Shown here in pieces: positions 1-6,566 of a stretch of DNA of 32,000 nucleotides (positions are counted from its first letter, which is position 1; each line of letters begins with the position of its first letter). The stretch spans positions 88,495 to 120,494 of the forward strand of contig JBHLKY010000003.1 of the NCBI GenBank assembly GCA_048886185.1. Direction: 5' to 3'. Position numbers and translations under genes: made by a program. The stretch is from Candidatus Hermodarchaeota archaeon. Lineage in GTDB: Archaea > Asgardarchaeota > Heimdallarchaeia > Hodarchaeales > Hodarchaeaceae. Below the pieces are notes generated by a model. That model was not told where the DNA came from and ran no database searches. It saw only the letters and a program-made list of their open reading frames with translations.

Positions 1-2
1 AA

Positions 3-377
3 GCATTTTTGATCAAAGGAATCAAAGATGACCTTGCAATACAAGATATCATGGATAAAATACTAGATTTAGAAGCAGTAGGATATACAAATATTGAAGA
101 TGCCTTGAGAGTAGGGGCGTTACAATTACAAGGACTAAAAACTCGATTCAAATGGGCAATTTTATTAACTGATGGTGCCTATAACAAGGGAGATGATCCA
201 CGCTACTTGTGTAAACAGTTTGAAAAGCTTCATGTGCTAAATTTACCAGGAGGGAAGAAATGGGGTGAGCGTGTCTGTAAAGATTTAGCCCGCTTAGGCG
301 GCGGACGATATGTTGTCGTTAGAGACTATTCTGAAGTTCCGCGCGCACTGATGAAGATTCTCAGATCTCCTTGGTGA
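3..377 (+). CDS. VWA (von Willebrand A) domain protein, C-terminal part (5' truncated by window edge)
   Basis: Frame is open from the window start. T-N-I-x-x-A-L and ILLTDG motifs are typical of the VWA MIDAS fold. The 3' end overlaps the convergent glpQ-like gene by 17 nt. Confidence 0.75.
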   Translation, partial: AFLIKGIKDDLAIQDIMDKILDLEAVGYTNIEDALRVGALQLQGLKTRFKWAILLTDGAYNKGDDPRYLCKQFEKLHVLNLPGGKKWGERVCKDLARLGGGRYVVVRDYSEVPRALMKILRSPW

Positions 378-1101
378 GAACTTTTTTCAGCCGATCAGGA
401 AAATTGGTCAGTATTCCATCCACTCCTAATTTAATGACTTCTTTTATATCAGCTATTTCATCAGCATAAAAATAGAAGATTTTGATGTCTTTCTCCTTAC
501 ATTTCTTTAAAAAGGAGGATTTAAGTGCAGACCAACGGATTTGAGCTGTTTTCAGCTCTAATTTTAGTAAAAGGTCAAAATATTCTTCAGGATTGCGTTC
601 TTTTTGTAATAGGGCACAATTAATGTCTGGCGCTATTTCTTGTAATTTAACTATATTTTCAATATGTCTCGCTGTTATCACCGTTCTATCTTCTATGTTA
701 AATTTCTTGATAGTATTAATGATCTCTTTCTCAAACCAGTTAGAGAGGGGATTATAATATTTCAGCTCTATATTATATGACACTTTTGTGGATGAAGTGT
801 TTTTTAATACCTCAGAGACAGTTGGAATCCTTTCACCTTTAAATTTCTGATCGAACCAGCTTCCTGCATCCAGTGATTTCAAATAGTCAAGAGTTAAGTC
901 TGGTATTTTTCCTTTACCATTAGTAGTTCTTTCAATTCCATCACGATCATGATACACCATTAGCTGTGAATCTTTAGAAGGTTGGACATCAAATTCAATC
1001 ATATCAGCATAAATTACTCCTCGCTCAAAGCATGCAAGAGTATTTTCTGGAGCTAATCCTGCTCCTCCACGATGGGCTATATTGAGGATCATTTGTGTCA
1101 C
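361..1101 (-). CDS. Glycerophosphodiester phosphodiesterase (GDPD, UgpQ/GlpQ family)
   Basis: Motifs IAHRG, PENTL, IEFDVQ..KD..LMVYHD, IPTVSEVL, NIELK and GVDGILTNFPD. The start may be ATG at 1092. Confidence 0.93.
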   Translation of the reverse strand: MTQMILNIAHRGGAGLAPENTLACFERGVIYADMIEFDVQPSKDSQLMVYHDRDGIERTTNGKGKIPDLTLDYLKSLDAGSWFDQKFKGERIPTVSEVLKNTSSTKVSYNIELKYYNPLSNWFEKEIINTIKKFNIEDRTVITARHIENIVKLQEIAPDINCALLQKERNPEEYFDLLLKLELKTAQIRWSALKSSFLKKCKEKDIKIFYFYADEIADIKEVIKLGVDGILTNFPDRLKKVLTKEI

Positions 1102-1230
1102 TCACTTTCTTTAAAAATCCTTGTCGTTTTTATTATGTAAGTTTATAGGTAAGTATTTGGTTATATGGTAAGAAATAGTTTTCATCTAATAATAACCTGG
1201 TAAGAATCATCATGTTATGTTATCCTCCCA

Positions 1231-1256
1231 CACCTACCTTTCCTTCCATTGGAAAC
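1231..1256 (-). promoter_or_regulatory. ORB-like origin recognition box 1
   Basis: Minus strand reads GTTTCCAATGGAAGGAAAGGTAGGTG. Dyad TTCCAnTGGAA at 1244-1254 is followed by a purine/G-rich tail, like archaeal ORBs. Confidence 0.7.
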
Positions 1257-1445
1257 ACTTAATTAATAATAATTTAATGTCTTACCATATGATTTTATAT
1301 ATCTCAATAACATGATTCTATTTCGATGGAAATTCTCAGAATATTAGCTATTAAGGCCACTATTGATTTTTTATAATTAACAAACTAGTTCTAATCATTA
1401 TTCAATAAAAAATGACTTTTTTGTCGTATATAATTTTTCTTTAAA
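1255..1445. other. AT-rich tract, candidate DNA-unwinding element
   Basis: Non-coding. By hand count 1261-1320 has 10/60 G+C and 1381-1440 has 12/60 G+C. It lies between ORB1 and ORB2. Confidence 0.4.
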
Positions 1446-1478
1446 ACCTTCAGTTTTCGCGGTTATCTAGTTCCTGAT

Positions 1479-1506
1479 GTTCCATTGGAAATCAACGGGT
1501 ACGGGG
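1479..1506 (+). promoter_or_regulatory. ORB-like origin recognition box 2
   Basis: GTTCCATTGGAAATCAACGGGTACGGGG closely matches the ORB pattern GTTCCAnTGGAAA-n-G-string. Confidence 0.8.
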
Positions 1507-1610
1507 TTCCGACTTTAATATGAAATCTGATAATACCTCTTTTGAGAGTAGAATTTAAGGTTAAAAATAATTATTTATAAAAGATAAAAGAGATTTCCAA
1601 TACTCTAGGA

Positions 1611-1904
1611 CTAAGATAATCGATAAAAGACTTGTGGCCTTCCTTTTGTTTTCCTAGGAGGTGAAAATTTTACTACAATCTTTTTTAGCATCAATCTGTT
1701 TAAAGCATCATAGATAGTTGTTCTTGGAATCCCTGTTTTTTTACAAAGATCCATACGTGTTGAAGGTTGGATTTCTGAGAGTGCTCCTAGTACTATTCGA
1801 TCTGTCTCATTCGTTAATTCCATATCTGAGATGATTGAATGTTTTTGAGTAAGATTCTCGGTCTCTTTTTTTGACGAAAACGATTTCTGAAGATATTGGT
1901 TCAT
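1611..1904 (-). CDS. Small TrmB-like winged-helix DNA-binding protein (paralog A)
   Basis: HTH segment TRMDLCKKTGIPRTTIYDALNRL and wing KGRPQVFY. 30/64 residues are identical to the 3329-3700 product over the domain (hand alignment). Confidence 0.8.
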   Translation of the reverse strand: MNQYLQKSFSSKKETENLTQKHSIISDMELTNETDRIVLGALSEIQPSTRMDLCKKTGIPRTTIYDALNRLMLKKIVVKFSPPRKTKGRPQVFYRLS

Positions 1905-2139
1905 ATCTTATCACAGTGATGTTATATCCTTTTACATATCTCTATAAGCGGCCATATTTAAGATTTTCAGTATTACATTAATATTAAAGACAACAGAAAC
2001 ACCATGAAATAGCTTTTAAAAAAAATATTCTCATAAAAAACTAATTTCAGTAAAAGAGACTATTATTTCACACATTAAAAGTGTAAGTAGTAACCATGAT
2101 CAGTCAACACTTTCATTAAAAGCAAAAACGCTAATGATA

Positions 2140-2159
2140 GTTTCACCGGAAATGAAGGT
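2140..2159 (+). promoter_or_regulatory. Degenerate ORB-like element
   Basis: GTTTCACCGGAAATGAAGGT matches ORB3 (GTTCCAATGGAAATGAGGGG) at 15/20 positions and faces it across about 150 bp of AT-rich DNA. Confidence 0.45.
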
Positions 2160-2307
2160 CAAACTAGCTGTCAACTAGGTTTCTCTATAAAAAAAGATAA
2201 TTTTCCTAAAGTTTCCTTCTTTAATAGACTTAAATTTAACTAATAGCTCATCCAAGGGAAATTTTAAAGATATTTATGAAATAAGATATAGTTCACATTG
2301 ATAGATG

Positions 2308-2331
2308 CCACCCCCTCATTTCCATTGGAAC
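2308..2331 (-). promoter_or_regulatory. ORB-like origin recognition box 3
   Basis: Minus strand reads GTTCCAATGGAAATGAGGGGGTGG, a near-canonical ORB with G-string, inverted relative to ORB2. Confidence 0.85.
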
Positions 2332-2723
2332 TTTTTTATGAGAAGGAATGAAAATATATGATGATTTTTCACATTGAGAAAATATTAATCTATTAAATAA
2401 TTGAGTAAAAGATTTCTAAATAGCAAAAAAAAGTGACCGATGGTAATATATCACAATTGTAGCCAATAACTTATCGCATAACGACAAATTAAGAGATTCT
2501 TCTTGTTCACAACATATAAAAAATTATTAATTCACATGAGAAAAAGCATTAACATGATAAAAGATATCTAGGAAAAGTCAATGTCGATAGGTAAAGATGT
2601 TATTGAGATATAGATTAAACTTTATTAGAGTGAAAGTAGAAATCTAACTTGTGAAAGAATTAAGTTGAAAGATGTTCCTTGAAGGGTATATCCATCGGGA
2701 AAATCGAATTTAAGGTTATTATT

Positions 2724-3200
2724 ATGCGTGAAACGGGTCCGAAAGTAACTGCAAACAATGATAAAATCACAATATCCTTTGATAGGAAAATTAGGTTAGG
2801 TCCTTTACATACACTTATTGAGGGATATTTACAATTGACTAGAGATCAACAAAAGCAGATCGACTATTTAATGGAATCTCTTTTGATGGAAAATGACATT
2901 CAGGAAGAATATTCAGAGTCTCATGGTGATAGATTTGCAGTTCTTACTGATCTAAAAACGAAGAAAGAAAGAATTCTCAATATTGTTGGAAATAGAGCAA
3001 ATCCGAACTATTTAACTGCTCGAGAAATCCAGGAATTATACCAGCATTACATGAAAGAGGAAATAGGGATCTCAACTATTCAGACAAATTTGAATCGATT
3101 AGTAGAGCTTGGATTAGTTGAGCGGCAGGAAGGAGTTAATCCCATTGAATATCGGATTAATCCTAACAGAGCTCATGAGATCCCAAAAGTGTTAATGTAA
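2724..3200 (+). CDS. Winged-helix DNA-binding protein (C-terminal wHTH, uncharacterised N-terminal region)
   Basis: LTAREIQELY...ISTIQTNLNRLVELGLVER...EYRI is a wHTH pattern. ATG at 2724 is preferred over the upstream TTG at 2679. Confidence 0.75.
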   Translation: MRETGPKVTANNDKITISFDRKIRLGPLHTLIEGYLQLTRDQQKQIDYLMESLLMENDIQEEYSESHGDRFAVLTDLKTKKERILNIVGNRANPNYLTAREIQELYQHYMKEEIGISTIQTNLNRLVELGLVERQEGVNPIEYRINPNRAHEIPKVLM

Positions 3201-3328
3201 CGGGCGTACTCCACTAAATCTTTTAAGATTTTCTGAAATACATAGTTTTTTGGCGAGAAATTGGCTTTTTGTTTCTTTATTTTATTTTTACTTCATTATT
3301 AGGTTCTTAACCAATTTTTCAAAACATA

Positions 3329-3700
3329 ATGTCTAGATATTTTCGAATCTTAAATTTTTATGAGATGAGTAATAATACAGAAACCCATGCGGTGGATTAT
3401 ATGTCCAAAAACCAAGTTATTAAAATATCTGAAAAAAGAGGTCAATCTTCTTCTGAATTGAAATCTACAGCAAGAACAGAAAAACCAGCAATTGTTCATG
3501 AATTGGATCGGAATGTCTTGGAGATTCTAAAGAATCAAGGACCAATAACTCGGGCAAAACTGGTATCAATCACAGGAATCGCACGATCAACTCTGTATGA
3601 TAGTTTATTACGCTTAATCTTGAAAGGGTATGTCGCAAGATTCTCTGAAGAGCGTAGACAGAGAGGGCGTCCAAAAGTTTATTACAAGGTTGCCCATTAA
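3329..3700 (+). CDS. Small TrmB-like winged-helix DNA-binding protein (paralog B)
   Basis: TRAKLVSITGIARSTLYDSLLRL HTH and RGRPKVYY wing. The true start is uncertain because of several in-frame ATGs. Confidence 0.8.
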   Translation: MSRYFRILNFYEMSNNTETHAVDYMSKNQVIKISEKRGQSSSELKSTARTEKPAIVHELDRNVLEILKNQGPITRAKLVSITGIARSTLYDSLLRLILKGYVARFSEERRQRGRPKVYYKVAH

Positions 3701-3762
3701 GAAGAATCAAAGGACAATAATCATATGGTAAGATTTTTGTATTCCATGAAAAAGTAACCAGT

Positions 3763-4101
3763 ATGGCCTCCGTGATTGTTAAGTGGCAAAAATGTGGTAA
3801 ATCTGCTTGTAGATGTAGTGAGGGAATGTTACATGGCCCTTATTTTTGGCTTGTAGCATATGTTTCTAAGAAATCTGAGGATAAGAGAAAAGGAAAATAT
3901 TCTTGGCGATATCTTGGAAAAAATCCTCAAGATGCATGGAAAAAACTGGAGATTTTTGACCGAAGATTTAATGAAAAATATGATTTAATGGACTTGAATG
4001 AGAAAATAAACAGATTAAGACAAATAAGAGAGAGAAACGTTAGGCTAAAAACAATGGAAAAAGTTTTAGTAATAGAAGAACAGATAATAAATGAAAAATA
4101 G
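3763..4101 (+). CDS. DUF6788-like putative Zn-binding protein with C-terminal coiled segment
   Basis: KCGKSACRCSEGMLHGPYFWL matches the CGKxxCxCxxGxxHGPY pattern I recognise from DUF6788. It is followed by WRYLGK. Confidence 0.7.
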   Translation: MASVIVKWQKCGKSACRCSEGMLHGPYFWLVAYVSKKSEDKRKGKYSWRYLGKNPQDAWKKLEIFDRRFNEKYDLMDLNEKINRLRQIRERNVRLKTMEKVLVIEEQIINEK

Positions 4102-4256
4102 GCTATTTTCCAGTATAATAATAGTTTTGGAGGGAAAGGCCTCTCATTATAGGGATTAGCTAGGCCAATGTATCCAAATAAATTTGAGTACAAAGAACCG
4201 ATACTTGTGATGAGAAAGGTGTCTACCCAAAGAATAAATGAGCTTTCAAATATATA

Positions 4257-4469
4257 TCTCCAGTCCTTTTGACTATTTTTAATAATATTGGTGAAATAAA
4301 AATTTAAAAGAAGGCTGTAGAGATCCCTATCCTCCTGAAAAGCGCTAATCATTTGTTCTAGGACACGGGCGCGTATAATACACCCTTTACGTCATATTTG
4401 GGCTATTTTTCTTAGATTTAATTGCCATTTGTATTCTTCTGAAGCTGCTTTTAGTAATGAAAATCCCTG
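4257..4469 (-). pseudogene. gnd: Remnant of 6-phosphogluconate dehydrogenase (Gnd) C-terminal domain, with an in-frame nonsense codon
   Basis: Minus strand translates QGFSLLKAASEEYKWQLNLRKIAQI*RKGCIIRARVLEQMISAFQEDRDLYSLLLNFYFTNIIKNSQKDWR. This matches the Gnd segment AQGF..L.AAS..Y.W.LN...IA.IWR.GCIIRA. TGA at 4392-4394 replaces the conserved aromatic (usually W). No upstream or downstream Gnd sequence was recognised. Confidence 0.88.
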
Positions 4470-4489
4470 TCAAGGATCCTTCACATGTT

Positions 4490-4500
4490 TTCCACTGGAA
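4490..4500. promoter_or_regulatory. Isolated ORB core (mini-ORB-like)
   Basis: TTCCACTGGAA (minus strand TTCCAGTGGAAAA), with no clear G-string. Confidence 0.4.
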
Positions 4501-4588
4501 TTTCCATTAGCAGTTCAAAAAATGAAGCAAATGGATCGAAATTACCCTTATTAAAAAAATAGTGTCATGATAGATCTCTTTGGGGTCA

Positions 4589-5998
4589 CTAAATTTTTCG
4601 TTTCTTGAATATAATAATCATAGTTGATAGGGATATTAAAACGGGGATAAGGCTTAATGCGTCCAAACTGCTAATGTGAAATCCAGGAATTTCCAATGAA
4701 GTTGGAGGTTCTGATGTATCTAAGCTAACACTGGTAAAAGATGGCTCTATTATCGGAGGATATTTAACCAACCAAAAGTCAAGATCACCGACTCCATATG
4801 AGTCAGTATCTCCTGCTATTGCAAATCCCCCATCTGTAGTTCGGATGATCGCATTACCACAGTCGTCATTCCATCCCCCATAAGTTTCATTCCATAGTGT
4901 TACACCTTTCCTAGTAGTTTTGATAAGCCATAAGTCAGAAAAACCAAGTCCACTTGATTGGGTTACACCGGTTATTATCGATCCCCCATTGGGAGTCTGG
5001 ATGAGATCATAACAATAATCGCAATTCCAACCTCCATACGACTTATTCCAGATTGTTGCTCCCTTGTCATCCGTTTTGACAAGCCAAAAATCAGAACAGC
5101 CATTGCTTAATGATGCTGACCCTGTATATCCAGCTAGTAAAAATCCGCCACCATTAGTCTGAGATAGGGCATTAGCGCTCTCTGGTTCAAGTCCTCCATA
5201 TGTTTTATTCCACATTATATTACCCTTAGCATCTGTCTTAACAAGCCAGAAATCCGCATTATTTGTTTCATAGTCAAATGAAGTTGTTGTGCCTGTTATT
5301 GCAAAACCACCATTAATAGTATGGAGGAGATCATAAGCCACTTCATAACCTGTTCCTCCATATGTTTTGTTCCACTCAATAATGCCCTTTTTATCTGTCT
5401 TAACCAACCAAAAATCACTATGACCAGCTCCAAAGGAATAAGTGGATCCTGCTAATATAAATCCCCCATCATCAGTACTAATAAGAGCTTGGGCTCTCTC
5501 AATGCTCGTACCTCCATATGTTTTATACCATTCTGTTTGTCCGTTCTTATCTGTCTTAATCAACAAAAAATCGTCTTGACCAGCTCCAAATGACTCAGTG
5601 TAACCTGCTAACACGAAACCACCGTCATAAGTTTGTAAAAGAGCCTCAATAATTTCATCTTCTGTGCCTCCATAAGTCTGATTCCATTCTTCGTTTCCAT
5701 TTGTGTCTGTTTTGATGAGCCAAAAATCCATATCACCAGCACTATAGGATCGTGTATAACCACCTATAGCGTAACCTCCATCGATAGTTTGGATTAATGC
5801 ACTTGCTTGATCTACGTCCCTCCCTCCAAAGGTTTTATACCACTTTATTTCTGGGGCATTCTGTTCTATCTTATAATTCCCAGATAATTCTTTAGGTGGT
5901 ATGACGTCAAACAACACAAGGGTGAAAGATAGAGAGACTAAAACCAAAATAATGGAAAATCTAATCTTCTTAATTAATAACAGCTTTATCACCATCAA
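4589..5998 (-). CDS. Secreted/surface beta-propeller repeat protein with PGF-type C-terminal sorting signal
   Basis: N-terminal hydrophobic signal, seven ~50-aa repeats W-x-K-T-Y-G-G...GG.....G.T.S...DFWLVKTD..G, a Ser/Thr/Pro linker, then IPGF, a hydrophobic helix and KKRKI. Confidence 0.85.
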   Translation of the reverse strand: MMVIKLLLIKKIRFSIILVLVSLSFTLVLFDVIPPKELSGNYKIEQNAPEIKWYKTFGGRDVDQASALIQTIDGGYAIGGYTRSYSAGDMDFWLIKTDTNGNEEWNQTYGGTEDEIIEALLQTYDGGFVLAGYTESFGAGQDDFLLIKTDKNGQTEWYKTYGGTSIERAQALISTDDGGFILAGSTYSFGAGHSDFWLVKTDKKGIIEWNKTYGGTGYEVAYDLLHTINGGFAITGTTTSFDYETNNADFWLVKTDAKGNIMWNKTYGGLEPESANALSQTNGGGFLLAGYTGSASLSNGCSDFWLVKTDDKGATIWNKSYGGWNCDYCYDLIQTPNGGSIITGVTQSSGLGFSDLWLIKTTRKGVTLWNETYGGWNDDCGNAIIRTTDGGFAIAGDTDSYGVGDLDFWLVKYPPIIEPSFTSVSLDTSEPPTSLEIPGFHISSLDALSLIPVLISLSTMIIIFKKRKI

Positions 5999-6404
5999 TA
6001 GTAATAATGCAGGTTTACATCAATCCTCCCAATTTCTTAGTATCAAATTCCTCTTAATTATAATATGGGTTCTAATTATGTTCAATAATGATTCAATAAT
6101 AGATTACTATTGGGATGGACTATAATTCTCACTTCTTTTAATGAACTATCCTTGGATTAGCTACTTAAAAAATTACCCAATGATGATGATGATTTTCAAT
6201 CATCAGAAGTATACCATTTCTCAAGATGGTAGATTTTATCCCTATCTTTATCAATTCTTTCAAAATCATGGGCACCAAAATAGTCTCTTTGTGCCTGAAC
6301 CAGATAAGCTGGTAGCGAAGGATTTCTATAGCTATCAAAATAGCTTAGGGCTGACGATAAGGCTGGTACAGGTATACCATTTTCTATAGCTAGTGTAACT
6401 ATAT

Positions 6405-6418
6405 AATACCATGGTATT
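6405..6418. promoter_or_regulatory. Perfect 14-bp palindrome upstream of cdc6
   Basis: AATACCATGGTATT. The ATACCAT half-site recurs near 6211 and 6374 and inverted near 6446. Coordinates are +/-1 because the printed line at 6361 appears one base short. Confidence 0.45.
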
Positions 6419-6516
6419 TTCGTAACTTTTATTTCATCCGAAGTAATGGTATTTCCTGTCTAACTTTACTAATCTGATTCAGAGAGGCATTACTTTGTGT
6501 TCTCGCTGTTAAAGTA

Positions 6517-6534
6517 TCGAGTGGAAATACAGGT
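6517..6534 (+). promoter_or_regulatory. Degenerate ORB-like site in cdc6 promoter region
   Basis: TCGAGTGGAAATACAGGT has one mismatch to TCCAGTGGAAA and lies about 35 nt before the cdc6 ORF. Confidence 0.45.
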
Positions 6535-6566
6535 AATGCATTTGGAATGAAGTAATTTGAATATAA

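Noticed and set aside
1321-1333. TTTCGATGGAAAT as a further ORB
   Set aside because: It lacks the central spacer base and has a mismatch. Too degenerate to support.
3927-4352. 141-aa minus-strand ORF from the track as a real gene
   Set aside because: Its first ~32 codons are the tail of the gnd remnant. The rest is non-homologous run-on, with the last third antisense to the DUF6788-like gene.
4392-4394. TGA in the gnd fragment as Trp or selenocysteine recoding
   Set aside because: TGA serves as the normal stop for intact genes in this window (e.g. spt5, rpoB, FkbH), and the fragment lacks the rest of the enzyme.
1244-4500. TTCCAnTGGAA repeats as a CRISPR array or IS ends
   Set aside because: Repeats are short, irregularly spaced (236 to over 2000 bp), in both orientations, with no cas genes or transposase. 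An ORB interpretation fits better.
6180-6192. (TGA)4 microsatellite
   Set aside because: Short, and expected by chance in AT-rich DNA.
5901-6389. ORFs 5901-6125 and 6141-6389 as genes
   Set aside because: No recognisable motifs. The first is partly antisense to the surface protein start, and the second runs through repeat-rich promoter-like DNA.
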